A stretch of DNA of 64,000 nt from Eledone cirrhosa (Eukaryota): assembly GCA_964016885.1 (NCBI GenBank), contig OZ024746.1:62310001-62374000 (forward strand). Reading direction: 5' to 3'. Shown one piece after another: positions 53,824 to 64,000 of the stretch. Both the position numbers and the translations under genes were made by a program. Positions within the stretch are counted from its first letter, which is position 1. Each line of letters begins with the position of its first letter. Below the pieces are notes generated by a model. The model ran no database searches. It saw only the letters and a program-made list of their open reading frames with translations, and was not told where the DNA came from.

Positions 53824-54443
53824 TTAACCCTTTTGATACAAAATCACCAAAGGCTGCCCCTAATACTATAATACTAAGCTGTTTATTTTAACCCTTTAGC
53901 ATTCACATTATTTTATATATACTATTATAGTTTAATGGTAAAGGCTTTACCTCACATAATATCGAATCTATGAGATTTTGAAAGTATTTATTTTGAAAAC
54001 AATACCTTAACATCAGTTTGAGCGACCAGTTACAGCCAGTTTCAACAGAAAGAGGTAGAGAATTCTGGCCGGTTTGGGCTGGTTTGAACACTAAAGGGTT
54101 AAACCGCTCATACTGACGTTCAGGTATTGTTCTCAAAATTAATAACATCAAAATCTAGTAAATTCGATATTATGTGAGATAACTATGTAAGATTAAAGCC
54201 TTTACCACAAAAATACAACAGTATATATAGAGTAATGTAAATCCTAAAGCGTTAAAGTGTTGATATTTATCTAAAAATCTCCCATCATAACTTTATGTAA
54301 TAACCTTTGTTAAGTTATATTTCAAACTCCCGCTTAATAATGGGAAAGTTATTTTACTAAATACTCCCAAATTCTTATTTTCAAAATTATTTGAAAATAA
54401 TAGGCAGTGTTTTTCATTAGAAATATGGTGATGAAAGGGTTAA
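53824..54443 (+). mobile_element. MITE family B containing a nested family A composite at an internal TTAA
   Basis: Outer TTAA at 53824-53827 and 54440-54443; insert 53892-54251 is bounded by TTAA at 53888-53891 and 54252-54255. Confidence 0.8.
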
Positions 54444-54494
54444 ATCTATCACAACAGAAAGAGAGAGGGATAAATCATCTTCTCTAGATATAAT

Positions 54495-54671
54495 TGTTTC
54501 TACTTTTGGCACAAGGCCAGCAATTACCCAGTACATTACTGGTACTTTATTTTATCGACCTCGTAAGGAAGAAAGGCAAAGTTAACCTTGGCGGGATTTG
54601 AACTCATATCGTAAAGGGACGTAACTGTGCTGGAAAGCATGTCTGACCCTCTACCGATACTGCCAATTCAC
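54495..54671 (-). mobile_element. Young major-family SINE with TSD CTAGATATAAT
   Basis: Repeat at 54484-54494 and 54672-54682. Confidence 0.85.
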
Positions 54672-54710
54672 CTAGATATAATACCAGTCTATAGCTGCTG
54701 ACATATTGAA

Positions 54711-54752
<42 letters not shown>

Positions 54753-55488
54753 ATATATATGTACACACACACATACACACACACACATATGGATGTTCAT
54801 TTGTGATTATCCCCAAATATATAACTGGGTTATAGTCACAAAGAAGATGGTGATGATGATGGTACTAATACTGAGCAACAACAATATAGAATATTGCATC
54901 ACAGTACTAATGAGGAAAGCCACATTCTAAGAGAAACCTTTACAAATGAAAGAAATGTTTCTTAATAAGAAGACTAACAACAGAAAGATTGTTTATACAA
55001 CAATAAATAAATTAAAATAAATAAAATAAATACTATAGTCTGACCGTATCCTGTCTAACACCCAATCTAGTTTAGTTCTTGGAAAATTAAGTTTGATAGC
55101 TAACCAAAGTTTTGTTTGGTTCGTTAAGCATTTGTTAGGAAGCTTAAAAAGCAATATGTGTATAAATTGTTTAAAATTCAAAGACATTCAAGCAAGACAG
55201 CTTAAATGTCAATTTCATTCACACAACTCTATCCTAAGTGAAGTGCATCAATTTAGTTCTCAATGCAGATGCATGCACAACTTCATTGCTTATATTAACG
55301 AAACAATGGTCAATATACACTGACAGAAGAACGAAAGCACTTTAAAACAGGCGGCAGTAAAGGAAATTGTCTTCTACTTATAAAGACTTTTAGAGAAAGG
55401 AAACAAGAGACTGTGTTAAGTTTATAACATTGTCAAGGGTGCTTCACATCAGCTAAGCGATCTGAATTAGCTTTAAACAGATTTCAAC

Positions 55489-55551
<63 letters not shown>

Positions 55552-55552
55552 C

Positions 55553-55573
55553 CTGTTACTTAATGGTGCTATT
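55553..55573 (-). CDS. FOXN3: Putative 21-nt FoxN2/3 microexon: xIAPLSN(S)
   Basis: Branch-like cttaac followed by atcttttacag acceptor; donor CAG|gtaatc. The only stop-free frame is phase 2-2, which is the phase the 44008 acceptor needs. Confidence 0.5.
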
Positions 55574-55972
55574 CTGTAAAAGATTGTTAAGTAAAAGGTA
55601 AGACCAGGTGTGAAAGAAGTAAATATCACTTCTGCCTGATTTACACTGAACTAAACAAGGCTGTAGATTTAGAAGCAAGAGAAAATGTGGTGTTGTGATG
55701 TTTATTCCTTTCAAAAAAAGTAATATCGTGACCAAGTTGCTTCTTCAGACTATTGAAAACTTTACCCTTTGGAAACACAGCCCCACCCCACCCCCACTGC
55801 ACATCTTTTTTACTGTTCAGTCAGAAAGGAAAGACTGACTATAGACCTTTTCAGAGCCCCTGAGGGTGGTGAGAGTAAGGAAGGTGTCTTCAAACAGGAG
55901 ACCTGGTCCTAATGCTTACAATACAGTGGACCTAGCTAAAGACACCCAAGGAATTTGTGGTGGTGTTAAACC

Positions 55973-56040
<68 letters not shown>

Positions 56041-56586
56041 CACTATTCTTCATGTGAAGATCACAAGATGGAAACCAGGATTTTTAATAAGATTCTGTGT
56101 GAATGACAATATAATAAACAGAATGTTAATTATAAATGTTTCTGACAGTGTGCATGTGTGTATGCGTGCATGTGTGTATGTGTATGCAAATGTAGTGTAG
56201 AGGACAAATAATCACAAATATCATTATGTATGTTTTGTTTTAATTTCTATTAATAAATTGTATCAATTTAAAATACATTATTTCAGACATTTTGCTCTCT
56301 CTTTTTTTAATGTGAATGAGAGAGAAGAAAAGATGTTTGTTGCTCAAGCATGACCAGGGTTTGTTGGAAGAGTAAGCTTAGTTGCTGACCACTCAACCAT
56401 GAAGCAGGTTATACTTGGCTACTTGGTACCAATGCAGGCAGAAGCCTGACACCTGACATGGTGGGAATGTAACAAGCAAAATCAAAGGACCCTGATCAAG
56501 ATTTTTATTTCCTGATTTCTCTAAGAAATAGCTACTTCAGTTGGCATGGCCAGATCTGGAGAGGCTGGAATGAAGAAACAGTTGAT

Positions 56587-56840
56587 TAACCCTTTAGCAT
56601 TTACATGACTATACTTACCATTGTATTTTCACAGTAAAGGCTTTATCTCACATAATATTGAATCTATGAGATTTTGATATTTATGTTGAGAACAATACCT
56701 TAACATCAGTATGAGTGGCCAGTTACAGCTGGTTTGAACAGAAAGAGGTGAGAGAATTCTGGCCAGTTACAGCTGGTGTGAACAGAGAGAGGTGAGAGAA
56801 TTCTGACCAGATACGGCTGGTTTAAATGCTAAAGGGTTAA
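56587..56840 (-). mobile_element. piggyBac-type MITE family A with an internal duplication
   Basis: TTAACCCTTTAGCATTTA...TAAATGCTAAAGGGTTAA. Confidence 0.85.
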
Positions 56841-56993
56841 ATCATTGTAAGTAACTTGATTGATGCTTTATTTTATTACATTTTATTTTACATTGCTTCA
56901 GTCCATCCAAGTGGCAAAAGGTGAGCTGTACCTGTAATTCAAGGAGACACACCTTGTCATATATTATGTCACACTGAATCTCTCAGAACTATA

Positions 56994-57206
56994 TTAACCC
57001 TTTAGCATTTAAATTGGCCATATCTGGTCAGAATTCTCTCATCTTTTTCTGTTCAAACCGGCTGTAACTCTGCCACTCATACTGATGTTTAGGTATTGTT
57101 CTCAAAATATATAACATCAAAATCGCATAGATTCTATATTATGTGAGATAAAGCCTTTACCATGAAAAATAGTAAGTCTAGAGTCATGTAAATGTTAAAG
57201 GGTTAA
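56994..57206 (+). mobile_element. piggyBac-type MITE family A, inverted relative to 56587-56840
   Basis: TTAACCCTTTAGCATTTA...TAAATGTTAAAGGGTTAA. Confidence 0.85.
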
Positions 57207-57664
57207 GTGTGCATAAGTCAGTGGAATGTTCAACAACTTACACATTAATTTCACAAGCAGGCAGTTCTATTGATTAAATCAATTGGAGTACTCATCATTG
57301 AAATTGACAAAGGTCCAACAATAACATTTTATCCCTCCCATGCCTACCCCACCCCACTGAAGAATAAAAGGTAAAAATGGACCTCAGCAAAATTAAACTC
57401 AGAATATAGAGACAAAGTTATATTTTGGAAAGAATCTAATTTACCGTTCTACCATTACCTCAAGACTTCACCACCCTTTGCCCCCCCCCCCCCAGTAATA
57501 ATTAACACCACCACAACTCCCCTCCACAAAATAAATAAATAATTAAATAAAATAAAATATCTTATACTATCTTCATTAAATGTGCAGACACATTAAATGT
57601 AAAATGAGATACCTAATTTCTTAAAAACGACAGACTAGTAGATTTTGGTAGGAGAGGATAGGGG

Positions 57665-57962
57665 ATGTTGACAGATGATGATGGTGATGGTAATAACGAC
57701 ATGGATGATGAGAATGATAAAAAGATTGATGATGATGACAGTGATAAAGAAATTGATGATGATGACAGTGATAAAGACATTGATGACAATGATGATGATG
57801 ATGATGATGGTGCTGGTAAAAACATTGATGATGGTGGTGATGATGATTAAAACATTGATGACAATGATGATGATGATGACATTGAGATTGATAGTGGTGA
57901 TAGTGATGATGAGGATGGCATTGATGATGATAGTGATGATGATAGTGAAGATAAAAAGATGG
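57665..57962. repeat. Degenerate (GAT)n tract
   Basis: Direct reading. Confidence 0.9.
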
Positions 57963-58189
57963 TAAATATAACAAAATAAGATAATAATAATAATAATGAT
58001 AAATAAATAAATAAATAAAATGAAAACAGAAAATTGAGAATTAATCAATAACAAAATAATAAATAATTGAATGGATGAAAATTAATGAAATTAAGCTAAC
58101 GAGGCCACATAAATAATTACTGATATAATTGAATGACTGGGAGCTGAAGAACTGTTTCTATATACCAGCTTCAAGAAATGGAAAAGTAC

Positions 58190-60300
58190 AGCACTGTTAC
58201 ACAGATGTAACAACAGTGTTACATAAATGTAACAACAGTGTCACACATGTAAGATGACTGTGTCACATAAATGTACCTCAGCTGTATCACACAGATGTAA
58301 GACAGCAGTTTCAAAGATGAAAGAAGACACTGTTAGAGTGATGTAACACAACACAGCAATGTCACACAAATGTAACTCAGTCGTATCACACAGATGTAAC
58401 ACAACAGTGTCACATATATGTAACACAACAGCATTACACAGGTGTAACACAGCAGTGTCACAGATGTAACACGAGAGCTGTAACACAACAGTGTCACAAA
58501 TGTAACAGTAGTATCACACAGATGTAACATGACACTGTTATAGCGGTGTAACACAGCTGTGTCACACATATAAGATGACACTGTTAGAGAGATATAACAA
58601 CAGTGCCACACAAATGTAATGATACTATTAGTGAGATGTAACACAGCAGTGTCATAGATGTAACAAGTGTCAATGAAGGCAACAACAGTATCATACAGAT
58701 GTAACAACAACAGTATCATACAGACGTAACAACAGTATCATAGAGACGTAACAACAACAGTATCATACAGATGTAACAACAACAGTATCATACAGATGTA
58801 ACAACAACAGTATCATACAGATGTAACAACAACAGTATCATACAGATGTAACAACAACAGTATCATACAGATGTAACAACAACAGTATCATACAGACGTA
58901 ACAACAACAGTATCATACAGACGTAACAACAACAGTATCATACAGACGTAACAACAACAGTATCATACAGATGTAACAACAACAGTATCATACAGATGTA
59001 ACAACAACAGTATCATACAGACGTAACAACAACAGTATCATACAGATGTAACAACAACAGTATCATACAGATGTAACAACAGTATCATACAGATGTAACA
59101 ACAGTATCATATAGATGTAACAACAACATTATCATACAGATGTAACAACAACAGTATCATACAGACGTAACAACAACATTATCATACAGACGTAACAACA
59201 ACAGTATCATACAGACGTAACAACAGTATCATACAGACGTAACAACAGTATCAGAGACGTAACAACAACAGTATCATACAGATGTAACAACAACAGTATC
59301 ATACAGATGTAACAACAGTATCATACAGATGTAACAACAGTATCATACAGATGTAACAACAGTATCATACAGATGTAACAACAACATTATCACAGATGTA
59401 ACAACAACAGTATCATACAGACGTAACAACATTATCATACAGATGTAACAACAACAAACAACAACAGTATCATACAGACGTACCAACAGTATCATACAGG
59501 CGTAACAACAGTATCATACAGATGTAACAACAACAGTATCATACAGATGTAACAACAGTATCATACAGACGTAACAACAACAGTATCATACAGATGTAAC
59601 AACAACATTATCATACAGATGTAACAACAACAGTATCATACAGATGTAACAACAACAGTATCATACAGATGTAACAACAACAGTATCATACAGACGTAAC
59701 AACAGTATCATACAGATGTAACAACAACAGTATCATACAGATGTAACAACAACAGTATCATACAGATGTAACAACAACAGTATCATACAGATGTAACAAC
59801 AACAGTATCATACAGATGTAACAACAACAGTATCATACAGATGTAACAACAACAGTATCATACAGATGTAACAACAACAGTATCATACAGATGTAACAAC
59901 AACAGTATCATACAGATGTAACAACAAAAGTATCATACAGATGTAACAACAACAGTATCATACAGACGTAACAACAACAGTATCATACAGACGTAACAAC
60001 AACAGTATCATACAGACGTAACAACAACAGTATCATACAGATGTAACAACAACAGTATCATACAGACGTAACAACAACAGTATCATACAGATGTAACAAC
60101 AACAGTATCATACAGACGTAACAACAGTATCATACAGACATAACAACAACAGTATCATACAGATGTAACAACAACAGTATCATACAGATGTAACAACAAC
60201 AGTATCATACAGATGTAACAACAACAGTATCATACAGATGTAACAACAAAAGTATCATACAGATGTAACAACAACATTATCATACAGATGTAACAACATT
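58190..60300. repeat. Minisatellite, 25/22-bp unit (ACAACAACAGTATCATACAGA(T/C)GTA): about 65 homogeneous units plus a degenerate 5' zone
   Basis: Homogeneous from about 58680 to 60290; diverged related units 58190-58680. Confidence 0.95.
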
Positions 60301-60699
60301 ATCACACAACAGTGCCCCCACAGCAACAGTGAGAACAACAACAGTGCAGTAACAGCAATAACAACAACAACATTATCACACAACAGTGCCCCACAGCAAC
60401 AGTGAGAACAACAACAGTGCACCCACAGCAACAGCAACAACAACAACAACAGTGTGGTGCAGCTAAAATACCAAAGTGAAGTGAAAGCGGTGAGTCGCTA
60501 TGTGTCCGGCCTATTAGCCAAAATGTCACCAGTTCGAACTGGTGAGATATAAATGCTTTTTACTGGCAAGAAATATCAGTCTTGTCTGGACAACTGAAGA
60601 AAATGCCAGTGTTTCTACACCCTCTCTCTCTCCAGTTACTTTAACCTTTCAGAAAAATATCTTAATTTCTTCAAAAAGCTAATCTATAGGCAAAGAAGT

Positions 60700-60992
60700 C
60701 ACACACACTCATACACACATTCTCTCTTCACACACACACATTCTCTCTCTTACACACACACACATACACTCTCTCTCTCCCTCTCTCTCACAAACACACA
60801 CACCGACACTCTCTCTCACATACACACACCGACTTTCTCTCACACATACACACACACTCACTCTCTCTCACATACACACAAACTTTCTCTCTCTCACATA
60901 CACACAAACTTTCTCTCTCTCACACACACACAAACTTTCTCTCTCTCTCTCTCACACACACACACTGACTCTCTCTCTCACACACACACCGA

Positions 60993-61032
<40 letters not shown>

Positions 61033-61080
61033 TACACACACTGACTCTCTCTCTCACACATATACACACCAACTCTCTCT
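60700..61080. repeat. Alternating (CA)n/(TC)n compound microsatellite
   Basis: Direct reading. Confidence 0.9.
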
Positions 61081-61304
61081 TATATACACTAATAAAAGTT
61101 AAAATGATGGCGTAGCTCCATGAACTGATGTAATGAAGCTAATAGCAATAAGTGTTTAAGTATCCTTCAGTTCACTACAGTTGCAGTACCACTAATAACA
61201 CATGTTTAGTTTTTATCACAAAGAAAATTTCTTATCAAAGATTTCTATTAATGAGGGCAAGTTACGTTCAAAACCCAAACAAGATGAAAATTAGCCATAA
61301 TAAT

Positions 61305-61492
61305 TGTTTTTACTATTGGCACAAGGTCAGCAATTATCCAGTACATTACTGGTACTTTATTTTATCGACCCCGTAAGGATGAAAGGCAAAGTTAACCTCG
61401 GCGGGATTTGAACTCAGAAATGGCAAGGGTCGTAACTCTATGCGTCAAAGCATGGCGTCTGACCCTCTACCGATACTGCCAATTCACCGGCC
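61305..61492 (-). mobile_element. Young major-family SINE with 20-bp TSD
   Basis: TGAAAATTAGCCATAATAAT at 61285-61304 and 61493-61512. Confidence 0.9.
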
Positions 61493-62040
61493 TGAAAATT
61501 AGCCATAATAATAGTATGCTGTGTGTGTTTGTATATTCATATATATAAATCAACGTCTGTAACACTTAAACATTTATACACACATATACATACAATGCAT
61601 TTCCTATCTCAGTGATGATGTTATAGTTATCCACCATAATAATACACCATGTGTGTTTGTATATATAGATATATATCTCCATCTGTAACTCTTTAAAAAA
61701 ATGCACGTATACACAATTAATTTCCTAAATCACTCATGTTGCTAAAAGATCTCTTTCCAATCACAAAGTCCTGGGTTTTATTAACCTTACATTTGTCCCT
61801 GTAAATAGTTATTTCTCCAAAGTCATTCATAGATTTAATTATGTGTCATTTGTACATAATGATAAATGTTTACGCTATTAGATACTAGAAATAAATTATT
61901 AAAATACTATTCTTATCTTTAATCACTTCCATGTGTCAGTAATGAACATAATCTATAGGGTTTCTCTTATGCAAACCATTAATTTATCAAAACGCAAATT
62001 TCCCAGTTTGCACAATTGTTCATAGTAATACTGGTATATA

Positions 62041-62221
62041 ATAATTGTTTCTACTTTAGGCACAAGGCCAGCAATTACCCAGTGCATTACTGGTACTTTA
62101 CTTTATCGACCCCGTAAGGAGAAAAGGCAAAGTCAACCCCGGCGGGATTTGAACTCAGATCGTAAAGGGACGTAACTATGCTGGAAAGCATAGTGGCCGA
62201 CCCTCTACCGATACTGCCAAT
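62041..62221 (-). mobile_element. Major-family SINE
   Basis: Near-consensus copy with A- and B-box-like motifs. Confidence 0.85.
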
Positions 62222-62224
62222 CGA

Positions 62225-62491
62225 AATAATAATGAAAACTTATTGTATACAGTGCTCAGGTGCACTACAACATATCAAAAGTGCATGTATAGTACATAGA
62301 ACAATGTATAAATGTAAGGAAAGTGAACAGTGTATGAGTCATGATATACATAGATACATGCATGCATGTATATGGAGGGGTAATATCATGTGTAGTGTTG
62401 GTGAATTTAGGGAAGCAAGGAAGTTTTGAAGGATGCCGTGTCCCAAAAGCTGACAACTGAAACAGGTAATTTGTTCCATGCTTCAGTAATG
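62225..62491 (-). mobile_element. CR1/L2-type LINE 3' end
   Basis: ITEAWNKLPVSVVSFWDTASFKTSLLP*IHQHYT* contains the WNxLP C-terminal motif; followed by a 3' UTR ending in (ATT)n. Confidence 0.7.
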
Positions 62492-62872
62492 TCATCTAGG
62501 ACTCCAAAGACTAATCATGTTCAATAATATTGCCATCATTATTGACAGCACTGGTCCGCTAGTAAATAAATAAAACATATTTTGATATTGTAGTTCATAG
62601 TGTAAACAGATAATATATTCCACAAAATAGAACAGTTTTTGTGCAAAGAAAGGAGATTCTAACATTTTTATCAAAGATCTCCATTCACCATTGTCATTGT
62701 TTTTATGCCACCCCTTTGCTGCTTGTATGAGTTCAGGTGGGATATTTGTGATACGGTCTTCATGGCTGAATCCCCATCTTGATGCCAACCAACACTTCAT
62801 TTTAATTAGATAACATCAAAATCTCATAGATTCGATATTATGTGTTTACCATGAAAATACAATAGTATATAT

Positions 62873-63068
62873 ATAATTGTTTCTACTATTGGTACAAGGC
62901 CAGCAATTACCCCAGTGCATTACTGGCACTTTATTTTATCGATCATCCCATAAGGATGAAAGGCAAAGTTAACTTCGGCGGGATTTGAACTCAGATCATA
63001 AAGGGCCGTAACTCCATGCTGCAAAGCATGGCGTCCAACCCTCAATCGATACTGCCAATCCACCGCCC
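62873..63068 (-). mobile_element. Major-family SINE
   Basis: Near-consensus copy; a 5'-truncated copy with TSD CAATAGTTTATATAAT follows at about 63200-63308. Confidence 0.85.
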
Positions 63069-63123
63069 TAGTAAGGTACTCAATACATTAGTAGAGTGTA
63101 AAAGTCAAGTTTAATATAGAAAT

Positions 63124-63175
63124 GGCTTCTACAGGACTAGAACTGTTTCATTTAAAAGAAATCATCAGGAAAGCC
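63124..63175 (-). ncRNA. Candidate type I hammerhead ribozyme, family B
   Basis: GGCTTTC-CTGATGA-TTTCTTTTAAAT-GAAA-CAG-TTCTAGTC-CTG-TA-GAAGCC: complete core, stem III CAG/CTG, GUA cleavage triplet, stem I GGC(T)TTC/GAAGCC. Stem II is weak, with U.U at 10.1-11.1. Confidence 0.5.
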
Positions 63176-63816
63176 TGTATATGCAATAGTTTATATAATT
63201 GTTTCTACTTTTGGCACAAGGCCAGCAATTATCCCAGTGTATTACTGGTACTTTATTTTATCGACCCCGTAAGGATGAAAGGCAAAGTTAACCTCGGCGG
63301 GATTTGAACAATAGTTTATATAATGTGAATACTAAAGGGTTAATAATGAAAAGGTTGGTTATATAACAAAATCTATCCAAATTATTTGAAAATCATTAGC
63401 AGTGTCTATGGTAACAAAAGTACAGCTTTAAACAACAGCAACAAAAACTACAAAATAGTGAAACTGAACAAACAATAATTTAACAACAGCGCCAACAACA
63501 ACATTGAACAGTAACATAAACATTCCAATATAGTTTCACAAAATGAAACTGTCAAATGCCAGGATTGCCAATTTATTTTTAAATACCCATTATGACTAAC
63601 TTCAGTCATCACTTCAGCATTGATAGATTAAATACCAGTCATGCAATGGGGTGGGTGGATGAAGAGTACCATAAATTCAATTGTCTAGACAACACAACAT
63701 TATTTGTCCAAGTAAACAAATTTGCAAACTTGTGTAAATTAATAATGAAATTGCTTTCATATATGCCAACATGGATGGAACAACGGATATAAAACGGTGA
63801 TGATCATATAATTTCA

Positions 63817-63859
<43 letters not shown>

Positions 63860-63861
<2 letters not shown>

Positions 63862-64000
63862 AGTTTAATATAGAAATGGCTTCTACAGGACTAGAACTGT
63901 TTCATTCAAAAGAAACCATAAGGAAAAACCATCTTTCCTGATGATTTCTTTTGAATGAAAAAGTTCTAGTCCTGTAGAAGCCATTTCTATATTAAACTTG
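63860..64000. repeat. Fold-back palindrome of the hammerhead family B repeat (reaches the window end)
   Basis: CAAGTTTAATATAGAAATGGCTTCTACAGGACTAGAAC...GTTCTAGTCCTGTAGAAGCCATTTCTATATTAAACTTG; core CTGATGA at 63938-63944 and GAAA at 63957-63960; preceded by (TA)n. Confidence 0.9.

Noticed and set aside
58680-60290. CRISPR-like regular array
   Set aside because: Units are directly adjacent with no unique spacers, there are no cas genes, and the context is eukaryotic. The same applies to 11228-11945 and 5286-5810.
62492-62800. 102-aa minus-strand ORF as a FoxN2/3 forkhead exon or a LINE RT fragment
   Set aside because: No forkhead motifs (KPPYS, WKNSVRHNLS, KGSLW). The NIPPELIQAA resemblance to LINE RT is too short to call.

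Overview
AT-rich, microsatellite-dense animal genomic DNA. Its repeat families look like those of a coleoid cephalopod, probably Octopus (inference, no search run). One protein-coding gene is supported: the 3' part of a minus-strand FoxN2/3 (FOXN3/CHES1-like) gene. I reconstructed it by hand as six phase-compatible GT-AG exons: 55573-55553 (putative 21-nt microexon), 44008-43950, 41059-41009, 37492-37436, 35164-35089 and 33449-32219. No forkhead-domain exon was found, so it probably lies beyond base 64000. The rest is repeat landscape: about 28 nearly all co-oriented tRNA-head SINE copies with modular tails, TTAA-flanked piggyBac-type MITEs, RTE and CR1 LINE 3' ends, a decayed Penelope-like RT plus GIY-YIG element (about 14940-16400), and many minisatellites and microsatellites. 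The most notable signal is two dispersed repeat families that carry type I hammerhead ribozyme folds and repeatedly occur as fold-back palindromes. One is a 427-bp near-perfect palindrome with two identical hammerheads inside a FoxN2/3 intron. Almost all other ORFs in the supplied track are low-complexity or chance artefacts.
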